NCBI GenBank assembly: GCA_002421865.1
Contig: DISE01000036.1
Coordinates: 766 to 64,765, forward strand
Length of the DNA: 64,000 nt
Reading direction: 5' to 3'
DNA from: Castellaniella sp. UBA6218
GTDB taxonomy: Bacteria; Pseudomonadota; Gammaproteobacteria; Burkholderiales; Burkholderiaceae_B
The position numbers were made by a program, and so were the translations under genes. Positions 46,766 to 57,495 of the stretch are shown here, in pieces. The first letter of the stretch is position 1, and each line of letters opens with the position of its first letter. The notes beneath the pieces are model-generated. The model did not search any database and had not been told where the DNA came from. It saw nothing but the letters and a program-made list of their open reading frames with translations.

Positions 46766-47946
46766 TTCATGCTCTCTTCGATTTCATCGCGATGCACGTC
46801 ATGGGTGACGAAGCCGGCCGCGTTGTCGGGCATGGCCAGGTACCTGGGGTGGTTCAGTGTGCCGCGGATGTCGTGCAGGCCCATGGCCCAGTGTTCCCGC
46901 ATCGTCGTCAGGCCAAACTGGTAGTCGCGGAAGTGCTGTTCGTAGGGTTTGTCACGGTAGATCAGATGGATGATGTTGCTGCGTTTGTCGCTGGCCAGCG
47001 CCGCAGCCTGTCTGCAGGCCGGGTCGCCGTCGCGCAGCTTGGCGGGCACTTTGTCCAGAACCTCTCGCAGCAGGCGTTGCATCTTGCGGTAGGCCTGCAT
47101 CTGATCGGTCACCAACCGGGTGCGACTGGAGTAGCGGATGTCCTGGACCCGGTCGCCGACCTCGCTCAGACTGCGGGGTACCGGACCGCGCGCCGACCAC
47201 AGGTCCACCTGGAACACCAGCGTGTCCCGGGCCAGATTCTGTTCCAGGATCTGCGTCAGGGGCGTGTTGGACACCAGACCGCCGTCCCAGTAGTACTCGC
47301 CCTCGATCTCGATGGCGGGGAAGGCCGGAGGCAGGGCGCCCGAGGCCATGAAATGCTCCGGTCTCAAACGGATGTGGCGGTTGTCGAAATAGGCGAAATT
47401 GCCGGTGCGCACGTTGACGGCCCCGACCGACACGTGCAGTCCGCCGTCGTTGATGCGGTCGAAATCGCACAGGGATTCCAGCGTGTCTTTCAGCGGGCGC
47501 GTGTCGTAGTGGCCGACACAGGCGGGGTCCAGGGCGGCGGACAGGGCCGCGGGCGGGAAGCGCGGATGAAAGAAGCCTTTCTGGCCCACCATCAGGGCGC
47601 TGCCGGCGTGCACGGCACCCAGGAATTGGCGCGCCAGATCGTTGATCTGGAACAGACTGTGCTCGAACAGGGGGTTGGCCACAGGACCGACGTAGGGCTG
47701 ACAGATGGTGTTCCAGAACGCGTGAAGCCGCTCGACACGCCGTTCGGCCGGATTGCCGGCGATGATGGCGGCGTTCAGCGCGCCGATGGAGATGCCGGCC
47801 AGGTCGGTCAGCTCGATGCCCGCCTCGTGCAGGCCCTCGTAGACGCCGGCCTGGTAGGCGCCCAGCGCGCCGCCGCCCTGAAGCACCAGGGCCCGGGCTT
47901 CGTAGGCGCCTGCGGCGCTGGATGAGCGGGATTCAGTCTTGGTCAT
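46762..47946 (-). CDS. Patatin-like phospholipase
   Basis: GGGALG, GISIG, DGG. Confidence 0.9.
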   Translation of the reverse strand: MTKTESRSSSAAGAYEARALVLQGGGALGAYQAGVYEGLHEAGIELTDLAGISIGALNAAIIAGNPAERRVERLHAFWNTICQPYVGPVANPLFEHSLFQINDLARQFLGAVHAGSALMVGQKGFFHPRFPPAALSAALDPACVGHYDTRPLKDTLESLCDFDRINDGGLHVSVGAVNVRTGNFAYFDNRHIRLRPEHFMASGALPPAFPAIEIEGEYYWDGGLVSNTPLTQILEQNLARDTLVFQVDLWSARGPVPRSLSEVGDRVQDIRYSSRTRLVTDQMQAYRKMQRLLREVLDKVPAKLRDGDPACRQAAALASDKRSNIIHLIYRDKPYEQHFRDYQFGLTTMREHWAMGLHDIRGTLNHPRYLAMPDNAAGFVTHDVHRDEIEESMK

Positions 47947-48854
47947 GGGGTCGCGAATCCTTGATGAGTGTTGAGGGGCCCTAGCGATTGCAGAAAAGCC
48001 TCGATCAGGGCGCCGCGGTAGCGGCTGCGGTGCAGTACGACGGACAGGCGTCGGTCCAGTTGCAGGAAGGGGGTGCGCAGCACGCGCAGCCGGCCTGTCG
48101 CCACGGCGTCCAGGGTGGCGGCGTAAGGCAGGCAGGCGATGCCCAGGCCGGCGATCACGGCTTGCTTGATGGCCTCGATCTGACCCAGTTCCAGCAGGAT
48201 GCGCCCCGGGGGCAGCGCGCTCATCGCCTGTTCGGTCAGGCTGCGGGTGGCCGAACCGCGTTCGCGCAGGATCCAGCGGGCATCCGCGAAATCCCTGGGC
48301 TGCAGCCGCGCGCGTTGAGCCAGGGGGTGCGCCGGCGCCGCGCAGACAACCAGCGCGTCGTTGCGCCAGGGCCGGGTTTCCAGCTGCGCATGGTGCACGG
48401 GGCCTTCGACGCAGGCGATGTCGATGGCATGGTCGAGCAGCATGCGTGTGATGTCCCGGGTATTGTCCACGGTCAGATGCAAAGCCACCATGGGATGTTG
48501 GGCAACGATCGGGCCCAGGAGTTCCCCCACCAGATAATTGCCAACTGTGTTGCTGGCGCCGATGCGCAGTTCACCTTCCAGCGCACCCTGGTCGTCGTGG
48601 TGGCGACGCTGCATGTCGCCCAGGCGTTCCAGGATCTCGCGGGCCAGGGGCAGCTGTTCCGCCCCCTGGGCGTTCAGCCGGAGGCGGCCCCGTTCGCGGT
48701 CGAACAGGGTGGCGCCCAGCTGGCGTTCCAATTCGCCCAGGGCCATGCTGACGGCGGGCTGGGTCAGATGAAGCTGATCGGCCGCCTGGCGTACGCTCCC
48801 GTGCGTGGCGACCGCGACGAAGACTTCGATCTGTCGGATGCTGAGACCGAGCAT
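47943..48854 (-). CDS. LysR-family regulator
   Basis: AA..L.LTQPAVS HTH. Confidence 0.92.
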   Translation of the reverse strand: MLGLSIRQIEVFVAVATHGSVRQAADQLHLTQPAVSMALGELERQLGATLFDRERGRLRLNAQGAEQLPLAREILERLGDMQRRHHDDQGALEGELRIGASNTVGNYLVGELLGPIVAQHPMVALHLTVDNTRDITRMLLDHAIDIACVEGPVHHAQLETRPWRNDALVVCAAPAHPLAQRARLQPRDFADARWILRERGSATRSLTEQAMSALPPGRILLELGQIEAIKQAVIAGLGIACLPYAATLDAVATGRLRVLRTPFLQLDRRLSVVLHRSRYRGALIEAFLQSLGPLNTHQGFATP

Positions 48855-48903
48855 GGCGGCCGGCCTCCCGGATGGATATAAATTTTATTTATATCATGGC
48901 GAG

Positions 48904-49281
48904 TCAGGCGAACCAGGATGCCGGACTCTTGCTCAGCGCCACGCCGACGATGTAGGCGAAGATCGCCACGGCGCACAGGGCGGCGATCAGCCGCGTCCGG
49001 GGCGTGCGGCCACGCTTGATGGCGTACGTGCCCACGCCGATGTAGGCGATCAGCAGCACGATCTTGGTCAGGATCCAGGGCTGTTCGGGGCCGATCATGG
49101 CCGCCAGGATCACCCCGCAGGTCAGCAGTACGGTGTCGACCACGTGCGGCAGAATGCGGACCAGGCGATGTTGCAGCAGGGCCGAACCGGTCACGGACCA
49201 GTACGCCCGGATGACGAACAGGATGATGCTCAGGGTGACTGCCGTGACGTGCAGGTGCTTGATGGGGAAGTAGTAATTCAT
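48904..49281 (-). CDS. SirB2 family membrane protein
   Basis: KHLH, PHVVDTVLL, YI..G. Confidence 0.85.
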   Translation of the reverse strand: MNYYFPIKHLHVTAVTLSIILFVIRAYWSVTGSALLQHRLVRILPHVVDTVLLTCGVILAAMIGPEQPWILTKIVLLIAYIGVGTYAIKRGRTPRTRLIAALCAVAIFAYIVGVALSKSPASWFA

Positions 49282-49392
49282 GATGTCTGATGGAATCTGT
49301 GAGCCGGTGCGGTCTGGGCGAGTGTACTGTACCCGGATGCCGGCGGAGCCGGCCGCCGGGGCTTGAGGGCGTGTTCGGCGGTTCCCTGAGGA

Positions 49393-51183
49393 TCACTCGA
49401 TCGGGTTCAGGGTCCAGCCGCCGCTTTCCCCCTGCAGCGACAGTTCGAAACCATGATGCCGGCGCAGGGTGCCGCGGTGGCCCACGCTGATGATCCGGGC
49501 GTCGGGAAGCTGCTCGCGCAGCAGGCGGTACATGGCGTCTTCCAGGCCTTCGTCCATGGCGGACGTGGCCTCGTCCAGGAACGCGGCCTGCGGCCGGGCG
49601 ATCAGCAGGCGGCCGAAGGCCAGACGCTGTTGCTCTCCCAGGGACAGGATGCGGCTCCAGTCATCCTCGACGTCGAGCCTGTCGCGCAGGTGGCCCAGCT
49701 GCACACGGTCAAGGATGGCCTCGTCCTGACCGGCGGGGACCGCGTCGGCGGGTTGCGGATAATGCAGGGCCTGACGCAGGGTGCCCAGGGGCAGGTAGGG
49801 TTTCTGGGCCAGGAACAAGGCGGATGTGTCGGGGCGGATGATCTCGCCCGATCCGTGGGGCCAGATGCCCGCGATCATGCGCAGCAGCGTGGTCTTGCCC
49901 GATCCTGATGGGCCGCGCACCAGCAGGGGCTGCCCGGGCGCGACCTCCAGGTTCAGGTCCTTGATCAGCGCATGGCCGTCGGGGCGGTTCACGGTCACGC
50001 CCAGCAGCGCAAGGCGGCCGCCATCCTGATGGGTATGCGGCAGCTCCATGGCCCGGGCTTCGTCGATGGCGTCGTCGAATCCGGACAGACGCTCCAGCGT
50101 GGCGCGGTAAGTGGCAAAGCTGTCATAGATGTTGCGGAAGAAGGACAGATTGTCCTGCAGTCGGCCGAAAGCCTGGGCCGTCTGGATCAGGTCACCCAGG
50201 CTGATCTGCTTGGAGAAGAACCGCGCCGCCTGCAGAATGAAGGGAAAGACCACGGCGGTCTGGGTCACGACGAAGTTGAAACCCAGGAATTTCAGGGACC
50301 GATGAATGATGTCCCAGGCATTGCCGATCACCCGGGCGAAACCGTGGCGCAGCGTCCGGCCCTCGACCCGTTCGCCCCGGTAGAAGGCGATGCTTTCAGC
50401 ATATTCACGCACGCGGACCAGGGCGTAGCGGTAGTCGGCGTTCAGTTTCTCGTTCAGGAAATTCAGCCGGATGAGCGGTTTGCCGATCCAGATTGCCAGC
50501 AGCGTGGCCAGGAATACGTAGATGAAGACCAGAAACACCATGGCCCTGGGGATCTCATGGCCCAGCACGGTCATGGGGCCCGACAGGTTCCACAGGATCA
50601 CGGTGAAGGCGATGGTCGATACGAGCGCGTTGATCAGCCCCACGGCCAGCGTCATGGAACTCTGGGCGAAGTTGGTGATGTCCTGCTGGATCCGCTGGTC
50701 CGGGTTGTCGGCCAGGTGGCTGAGTGATTGCGAACGATAGTAGGCCTGCCTTTGCATCCAGCGGCCCAGCAACTGTTCATTGAGCCATTCACGCCAATGC
50801 ACGACAAAGGCTTGCTGGACGTAGAAGTCGAACAGGGAGCGGATGACGTGCACGGCCGCCAGCAGCGAGAAAAGCAGCATGGCCGCCCAGAAGCCCGGCT
50901 CGTCCAGCGCCTGAAGCGCGCTGTACATGGTGTTGTACCAATTGGAAAACAGCACGTCCAGGCGCACTGCCGCGAGTGTCAGCAGCAGGATCAGGGCGAC
51001 ACCGGCCAGTGGTTTCCAGCTGCGGCGCAGGGAGAAATAGCCGGCGCTCAGACGCCGGAACTGCCGCCCCCAGCGCGTGAAGCGGGTCAGGCCCCATGCG
51101 ACGGCGGCGCCGATCAGCAGGGTCAGAGCGTAAGCCTTGGCGAGCCACAGGCCGCTTTCGATCAGGACGTCTTGCCATTGCAT
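49393..51183 (-). CDS. Fused ABC permease/ATPase (YddA/SbmA-like)
   Basis: DNPDQRI, GPSGSGKT, LSLGEQQR. Confidence 0.9.
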   Translation of the reverse strand: MQWQDVLIESGLWLAKAYALTLLIGAAVAWGLTRFTRWGRQFRRLSAGYFSLRRSWKPLAGVALILLLTLAAVRLDVLFSNWYNTMYSALQALDEPGFWAAMLLFSLLAAVHVIRSLFDFYVQQAFVVHWREWLNEQLLGRWMQRQAYYRSQSLSHLADNPDQRIQQDITNFAQSSMTLAVGLINALVSTIAFTVILWNLSGPMTVLGHEIPRAMVFLVFIYVFLATLLAIWIGKPLIRLNFLNEKLNADYRYALVRVREYAESIAFYRGERVEGRTLRHGFARVIGNAWDIIHRSLKFLGFNFVVTQTAVVFPFILQAARFFSKQISLGDLIQTAQAFGRLQDNLSFFRNIYDSFATYRATLERLSGFDDAIDEARAMELPHTHQDGGRLALLGVTVNRPDGHALIKDLNLEVAPGQPLLVRGPSGSGKTTLLRMIAGIWPHGSGEIIRPDTSALFLAQKPYLPLGTLRQALHYPQPADAVPAGQDEAILDRVQLGHLRDRLDVEDDWSRILSLGEQQRLAFGRLLIARPQAAFLDEATSAMDEGLEDAMYRLLREQLPDARIISVGHRGTLRRHHGFELSLQGESGGWTLNPIE

Positions 51184-51312
51184 GGGAGTGCGGTTCCTTG
51201 ATGTTCGATCGGTGGCGCCCGCCGAAACGGCTGGGCGAAGGGATTGTAGTTGGAGGAGCCGGGATGCGGAATAGTTCCGGCCCGGCGGCGATGCTCCTAG
51301 GCTGGCGCGGGC

Positions 51313-52890
51313 TCAGGGCAGGGAACCGGGCTCGTGCTTCATGCCGAGGCGTCGGGCGAGTTTGTGCAGATTGCTGGGGTCGAGCCCCAGCGCGCGCGCG
51401 GCCTGGGCCCAATTGCCGCCAGTGGCGGCCAGAGCCTCGCCGATGGCGCGACGCTGGCAGATCTCGACACTGTCGCGCAGCGCCGGAATGGTTTCGATGG
51501 GCGGGGGGGGCGGCGGTGGGACAGGATCGATGGCGGAGACCCGCGAACGTTCGTCAGCCGAAGGTTCGGGCGGAGCGATGTCCAGGTCCAGCAGTTCCGG
51601 GCCGATGGTCAGCACCTGGTCGCGCGAGGCGCCGCGGCTGAGCATCTTCAGCGCGGCGCGGCTGATGACGTGCTCCAGTTCGCGGACGTTGCCGGGCCAG
51701 GGGTAGCGGCGCAGGGCGCGCTCGGCCTCGTAGGAGAGGCGCACGCCGCGCAGTCCCAGACGGGCGCGGCTGAATTCCAGGAAATGACCGGCCAGGATCA
51801 GGACATCCCGGTCGCGCTCGCGCAGCGGGGGGATCGGAATGGGATAGACCGAGAGGCGATGGTACAGGTCGGTGCGGAACAGCCCCGCCTGGGTATTCGC
51901 CTTCAGATCGCGGTTGGTGGCGGCGATGATACGCACATCCGTCTTGATGACCTGGTCCGTGCCGAGCCGCTGGATTTCGCCATTCTGCAGCACGCGCAGC
52001 AGTTTGGCCTGCAGGCTGAGTGGCAGCTCGCCCACCTCGTCAAGGAACAGGGTGCCGCCCTGGGCGGCCTCGAAGCGTCCGGGACGGTCGGACGTCGCTC
52101 CCGAAAAGGCGCCTTTCACGTGGCCGAACAGTTCGCTCTCGGCCAGGGATTCGGGCAGCGCCGCGCAGTTCACCTGGATCATGGGTTGCTCGCTGCGGCG
52201 CGAGTGCCGGTGCAGGCGGCGCGCGAACAGATCCTTGCCCACGCCGGTTTCGCCCAGCAGCAGGATGGGCAGGTCCGAGTCGGCCACCAGATCCAGCTCG
52301 TGGAGCAGCGACTGAATGGCCTCGCTGTGCCCCAGGATCTCGGTGGCCTCGCCGATGCGTTCCAACCCTTGCTGGGAGCTGCCCAGTTGGCGTAGCTGAC
52401 GATTCTCGCGCTCCAGTTCGGTGACACGCACGGCGGCCTGCAGAATCAGGCCAAGCTGCATCAGCCGCGCGCGCGCGGCTTCGTCGAAGGCGCCGGTGGT
52501 GAGCGCATCCAGGGTCATGATGCCCCAGGGGCGGTCCTGGCGGTAGAGCGTCATGCCCATGCAGTCGTGCACCGGCAGAGGCGAGCCCTTGCGGTCGTCC
52601 AGCAAGCCATCGTAAGGGTCCGGCAGGACGCTTTCCGGGTCGAACCAGGTGGGTTCGCGGCGCGACAGGATTGTGGCGAAGCGTGGATGCTGGGCAACGA
52701 CGAAGCGCCGCCCCAGGGCCTCGTGAGCCAGCCCGGCCGCAGCGACCAGGTGCAGGGTGTCGGCGGCATCCAGCATCAGCAGGCCGACAGCGTCGCAGGC
52801 GAAGGCCTCGCGGATGGCCGTGGCGGCGCGCTGCAGACGCACGCCGTCGGGCAGATCGGCGGTCAGGTCGTTGAGAAGCGTCTTTTCCAT
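51313..52890 (-). CDS. norR: Nitric oxide-responsive sigma54 activator NorR
   Basis: GAF domain with VHDCMG, GETGVGKD, GAFSGA, HTH. Confidence 0.93.
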   Translation of the reverse strand: MEKTLLNDLTADLPDGVRLQRAATAIREAFACDAVGLLMLDAADTLHLVAAAGLAHEALGRRFVVAQHPRFATILSRREPTWFDPESVLPDPYDGLLDDRKGSPLPVHDCMGMTLYRQDRPWGIMTLDALTTGAFDEAARARLMQLGLILQAAVRVTELERENRQLRQLGSSQQGLERIGEATEILGHSEAIQSLLHELDLVADSDLPILLLGETGVGKDLFARRLHRHSRRSEQPMIQVNCAALPESLAESELFGHVKGAFSGATSDRPGRFEAAQGGTLFLDEVGELPLSLQAKLLRVLQNGEIQRLGTDQVIKTDVRIIAATNRDLKANTQAGLFRTDLYHRLSVYPIPIPPLRERDRDVLILAGHFLEFSRARLGLRGVRLSYEAERALRRYPWPGNVRELEHVISRAALKMLSRGASRDQVLTIGPELLDLDIAPPEPSADERSRVSAIDPVPPPPPPPIETIPALRDSVEICQRRAIGEALAATGGNWAQAARALGLDPSNLHKLARRLGMKHEPGSLP

Positions 52891-52892
52891 AG

Positions 52893-53004
52893 GGTGTTTT
52901 ATACCATCAAACGGTATTTTTTACCTTTCCAGAAAGGGTAAAAAATACCGTTTTTGATCTATATCAGTAGTTTCCCTAGGTGATGGAGTTGGCACGCTTA
53001 TTGC
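52893..53004 (+). promoter_or_regulatory. Three NorR sites and sigma54 promoter of norB
   Basis: GGT-N7-ACC at 52893, 52913, 52937; TGGCAC-N5-TTGC at 52990-53004. Confidence 0.88.
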
Positions 53005-53085
53005 TTGGTAGTGGGTGAAGCAAAACAAGTGGCGCCATCCAGGCGTCGTAACCGGAACCTCTCGTGGCTGCAGAAGGAGCGCAGA

Positions 53086-55368
53086 ATGGGTGAGTACAAG
53101 AAGTTATGGTGGACGCTGATCGGCGTCCTTGTGGTGGCATTCGGCATCCTGGGATGGATGGGCAAGGAGGTCTACAACCAGGCGCCCCCCATCCCGGCCC
53201 AGGTTGTCACGGCTGACGGCAAGGTTCTGATGACCGAAACCCAGATCCTGGACGGTCAGAGCGCCTGGCAGTCGGCGGGCGGGATGACGGTCGGCTCCAT
53301 CTGGGGCCACGGCGCTTATCAGGCGCCGGACTGGACCGCCGACTGGCTGCACCGCGAACTGTCCGCCTGGCTGGACTTGGCCGCCGAGCAGCAGTACGGG
53401 ATGAAGTTCTCCCAACTGGACGGGGACGCCCAGGCCGTGCTGCAGCGCCGCTTGAAGGAAGAATACCGCAAGAACACTTATGACGCCGCCACGGGCGCCG
53501 TCACGGTGTCCGACCGGCGCGCGCAGGCCATTGCCCAGACGGGCATCTACTACGACAAGCTGTTCGGTGATGACGCCTCCCTGCACGAGTCGCGCAAGCA
53601 CTTCGCCATGAAGGAAGGCACGCTGCCTTCGCCGGAAGCGCGCGCCCGCCTGGCGAACTTCTTCTTCTGGACCGCCTGGGCCGCTTCGACCGACCGGCCG
53701 GGCACCGTCGCCAGCTACACCAACAACTGGCCGCACGAGCCCTTGATCGACAACGTGCCGACAGCGGAAAACATCATCTGGTCCGTGATGAGCGTGATCA
53801 TCCTGATCGCGGGCGTGGGCCTGCTGGTCTGGGCCTGGGCGTTCACGCACAAGGAGCACGACGACGCGGGTCCCGTGCCGGCCCGCGACCCGGTGCTGCA
53901 GATTCCGCTGACCGCTTCGCAGCGCGCCCTGGGCAAGTACCTGTTCCTGGTCGTGGCGCTGTTCGTGTCGCAGATCTTCATCGGCGGCTTCACCGCGCAC
54001 TATACGGTCGAAGGCCAGACCTTCTACGGCATCAACGCGTCCGAATGGCTGCCGTATTCCCTGGTGCGCACCTGGCACATCCAGGCCGCACTGTTCTGGA
54101 TCGCCACCGGCTTCCTGGCCATCGGCCTGTTCGTGGCACCGATCCTCAATGGCGGCAAGGACCCCAAGCACCAGAAACTCGGCGTGGACGTCCTGTTCTG
54201 GGCGCTGATCCTGGTGGTCGTGGGTTCGTTCACCGGCAATTTCGCCGCCATCGCCCACTTGCTGCCGCCCGAATGGAATTTCTGGCTCGGACATCAGGGC
54301 TATGAATACGTCGAGCTCGGACGCCTTTGGCAGATCGGCAAGTTCCTGGGCATCGTGTTCTGGCTGTTCCTGATGCTCCGCGGCATCGTGCCCGCGCTGC
54401 GGCAGAAAGGCGACAAAAACCTGCTGGCCCTGTTCAGCGCTTCCGTGGTCTGCATCGGCCTGTTCTACGGCGCCGGCCTGGCCTACGGCGAGAAGACCCA
54501 CCTCTCCGTCATGGAGTACTGGCGCTGGTGGGTGGTCCACCTGTGGGTCGAGGGCTTCTTCGAAGTGTTCGCCACCACGGCGCTGGCCTTCATCTTCTCG
54601 ACCATGGGCCTGGTGTCCAAGCGCGGCGCCACGATCGCCAGCCTGAGCTCGGCCGTGCTGTTCATGCTGGGCGGCACCCCGGGCACACTGCACCACCTGT
54701 ACTTCTCGGGCACCACCACCCCGATCATGGCCATCGCCGCCTCGTTCAGCGCCCTGGAAGTCGTGCCGCTGGTCGTGCTGGGCTACGAAGCCTGGGAAAA
54801 CTGGCGTCTGAAGGAACGTGCGCCGTGGATGGAAAATCTGCGCTGGCCGCTGAAGTTCTTCGTCGCCGTGGCCTTCTGGAACATGTTCGGCGCCGGGGTG
54901 TTCGGCTTCATGGTCAACCCGCCGATCGCCCTCTACTACATCCAGGGCCTGAACACCACGGCGGTGCATGCGCACGCGGCCCTGTTCGGTGTGTACGGTT
55001 TCCTGGCCCTGGGCTTCACCCTGTTCGTGCTGCGCTACCTGCGCCCCGGCATGCAATTCAATGAAAGCCTCATGAAGACGGCGTTCTGGTGCATGAACAT
55101 CGGCCTGGTGATGATGATCTCCTTGAGTCTGCTGCCGATCGGCCTGATGCAGTTTCACGCCAGCTACAGCGTGGGCACCTGGTGGGCGCGCGGCGAGACT
55201 TTCATGCAGCAGGACATCCTGCAGACGCTGCGCTGGACCCGCACGTTCGGCGACGTGGTCTTCATCGTCGGCGGCCTGGGCGTCATGTGGCAGGTCGTCA
55301 CCGCCCTGCTCGACGGCAAGGCGGCCGTGCCCGCCTCCGATGCCGGCCTGGCCGCGCAGCGGACGTAA
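53086..55368 (+). CDS. norB: Quinol-dependent nitric oxide reductase (qNor)
   Basis: WGHGAYQAPDWTAD, WWVVHLWVEG, HHLY. Confidence 0.95.
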   Translation: MGEYKKLWWTLIGVLVVAFGILGWMGKEVYNQAPPIPAQVVTADGKVLMTETQILDGQSAWQSAGGMTVGSIWGHGAYQAPDWTADWLHRELSAWLDLAAEQQYGMKFSQLDGDAQAVLQRRLKEEYRKNTYDAATGAVTVSDRRAQAIAQTGIYYDKLFGDDASLHESRKHFAMKEGTLPSPEARARLANFFFWTAWAASTDRPGTVASYTNNWPHEPLIDNVPTAENIIWSVMSVIILIAGVGLLVWAWAFTHKEHDDAGPVPARDPVLQIPLTASQRALGKYLFLVVALFVSQIFIGGFTAHYTVEGQTFYGINASEWLPYSLVRTWHIQAALFWIATGFLAIGLFVAPILNGGKDPKHQKLGVDVLFWALILVVVGSFTGNFAAIAHLLPPEWNFWLGHQGYEYVELGRLWQIGKFLGIVFWLFLMLRGIVPALRQKGDKNLLALFSASVVCIGLFYGAGLAYGEKTHLSVMEYWRWWVVHLWVEGFFEVFATTALAFIFSTMGLVSKRGATIASLSSAVLFMLGGTPGTLHHLYFSGTTTPIMAIAASFSALEVVPLVVLGYEAWENWRLKERAPWMENLRWPLKFFVAVAFWNMFGAGVFGFMVNPPIALYYIQGLNTTAVHAHAALFGVYGFLALGFTLFVLRYLRPGMQFNESLMKTAFWCMNIGLVMMISLSLLPIGLMQFHASYSVGTWWARGETFMQQDILQTLRWTRTFGDVVFIVGGLGVMWQVVTALLDGKAAVPASDAGLAAQRT

Positions 55369-55472
55369 GCAGCTCCATCTTCTTGCAAAGGGGCGCCCGA
55401 AACGGGCCCCCGACCCGGCCCGCCTCGGAAGAGGCGGGCTTTTTCATGAACCCTGTCTTGTTTCCGTGCCGC

Positions 55473-55913
55473 TCAGACTCCGATGTCCTCGTTCCAGAGG
55501 CGCGGGTTCGCGTCGATGAAACGGCGCATCAGCGCCAGGCATTCCGGATCCTGAAGGACTTCGATCTCGACGCCGCGCGCGCGCAGCAGCGCCTCTTCGC
55601 CCATGAACGTCCGGTTTTCGCCGATGACTACCCGCGGGATGCCATACAGCAGGATCGTGCCGCTGCACATCGGGCACGGCGACAGCGTGGTGTAGAGCGT
55701 GGATTCGCGGTAGACGTCGGCCGTTCGCCGGCCTGCGTTTTCGAGGGCGTCCATCTCGCCATGGAGGATGGCGCTGCCTTTCTGTACCCGCTGGTTGTGA
55801 CCCCGCCCGATGATTTCACCGCGATACGCGATCACCGAGCCGATGGGGATACCGCCCTCGGCCAGTCCCTGGCGCGCTTCCTCGATGGCCGCCCGCATGA
55901 AGGGGTCGCTCAT
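55473..55913 (-). CDS. Cytosine/nucleoside deaminase
   Basis: HGE...PCPMC zinc motif. Confidence 0.88.
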   Translation of the reverse strand: MSDPFMRAAIEEARQGLAEGGIPIGSVIAYRGEIIGRGHNQRVQKGSAILHGEMDALENAGRRTADVYRESTLYTTLSPCPMCSGTILLYGIPRVVIGENRTFMGEEALLRARGVEIEVLQDPECLALMRRFIDANPRLWNEDIGV

Positions 55914-56027
55914 GGTTCCGTCTCCCGGAAAGTTCCCGATGCCTGCCATGATAAAGGCGCGGCGCGTCCCGGGGAACCCGGGGGGAGGGGCGGCCTGAAG
56001 CAGCCGGCTTCCGGCCGTTCCCGGGGT

Positions 56028-57293
56028 TCAGACGGCCTGAGCGGCCCTCGCGCCGGCGCGCGCGCTGAGCGCCCCAAGCGCGAAGGTCAGCAGCAGCGTC
56101 GGCAGGGCGCTGCCGTATTGCGGCGCCCATTGGGCCAGGGCGTGATAGACCGCGATCCCCAGCACCCAGATCAGCGCCGGGGCGGTGTGCAGGGCGCCTG
56201 GTGCCTCGGTCAGGCGGGCGGGTTGCGTCCCGAGGCGTCCCAGGATGGTCCCGAACAGCGGTACGAAGACCGAACTGAGCGTCAGCAGGAAGGGTTCCAG
56301 CGTGTGCATGGGCAGCACCATCGCCAGCCCGATGGAGACTGCGGCCAGCAGCGTGCCCCAGGTCTTCAGGCTCACGTCGCCGCGCAGGCTCTGGGCGGAT
56401 ACCGAGCCCGAATACAGGTCGCCGTAGGTATTGTCCAGCTCGTCGATCAGGATCAGGCCCAGGGCCACCAGTCCACCCTGCGCCAGCAGCAGGGCGCTCA
56501 CCATGTCCAGATCCGGACCGGTGACAGTGATCACCAGCACGCCCAGCGCGTAGCACCAGATGTTGGCGATCGTGTAGCCCAGCCAGGTGCCCGCCAGGGC
56601 GCCCCGGCCACTGCGGCCGTGCCGGGCGTAGTCCGCGACCAGCGGCAACCAGGACACCGGCATCGCGATCACCAGATCCAGCGCCTGGAAAGCGTTCATG
56701 CTGCCGTCGCCAGCGCGCAGCCACAGGGCGCGAAGCCCTTCATTGTCCAGCTTGAGGGCGAACTGGGCGGTCAGCCAGATCAGCGACAGGACCACCAGGG
56801 GCAGGCCGATGCGGCTGACGATGCGCCGCACCAGGGTGATCATGGAGCCGCGCAGCAGCGCCAGGACGATCAGCCCCCAGAAGATCGTGGGCAGCGCCAG
56901 CCCGGTGTCCAGACCCAGCGCCTGGTGGATGATGGCGGCGGTGCCGTCGCGCATCACGACCAGCTCGAAGGTCGCCCAGCCGAGCAGTTGCGCGATGTTC
57001 AGCAGCACGGGCAGGCGGGCGAATCGCCGGCCGTAGACGGTGTGGATCAGGCCGGCGCTGGACAGACCGCTGTCGCAGCCCAGGCGGGCCACCCAGGCCA
57101 GCAGCCCGGCCCCGAGGATCGAGCCGGCGATCACGGCCGCCAGGGCGTCGCGTGTGCCCAGCGCCGGCACCAGATAGGCGCCGACCTGCATCACCAGCAA
57201 GCCCACGCCCAGGCTGAACCATAGGGCCGTGTGGTCGCGCCAGCCGAAGACGCGCTCGGGGGTGGGGGAGGGGTGGGAAGCGGATGTCTGCAT
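56028..57293 (-). CDS. cytX: Purine-cytosine permease family, CytX-like
   Basis: SWLPLVADY motif; TPP riboswitch upstream. Confidence 0.8.
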   Translation of the reverse strand: MQTSASHPSPTPERVFGWRDHTALWFSLGVGLLVMQVGAYLVPALGTRDALAAVIAGSILGAGLLAWVARLGCDSGLSSAGLIHTVYGRRFARLPVLLNIAQLLGWATFELVVMRDGTAAIIHQALGLDTGLALPTIFWGLIVLALLRGSMITLVRRIVSRIGLPLVVLSLIWLTAQFALKLDNEGLRALWLRAGDGSMNAFQALDLVIAMPVSWLPLVADYARHGRSGRGALAGTWLGYTIANIWCYALGVLVITVTGPDLDMVSALLLAQGGLVALGLILIDELDNTYGDLYSGSVSAQSLRGDVSLKTWGTLLAAVSIGLAMVLPMHTLEPFLLTLSSVFVPLFGTILGRLGTQPARLTEAPGALHTAPALIWVLGIAVYHALAQWAPQYGSALPTLLLTFALGALSARAGARAAQAV

Positions 57294-57359
57294 GGCATGC
57301 CTGTCGGAAAAGGCTGGAAGCAGACGCCGGCGGCGGACGAGCAGCCGCCGGAGCGAGCT

Positions 57360-57431
57360 GCTTTCCTGCGCGAGGATGATCTCAATCAGGTTCGAAGGGA
57401 CTGTCTCAGCCGCCGTGACGGCACCCCTAGC
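57360..57431 (-). ncRNA. TPP riboswitch
   Basis: AGGGGTGCC...GCTGAGA..CCCTTCGAACCTGAT......GCGCAGGAA. Confidence 0.9.
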
Positions 57432-57495
57432 GAGGCTCGATAAAAGGCGTATCGGGTTCGATTGTAGGATCGGCCCGATCTGGGGGCAAGCTGGT

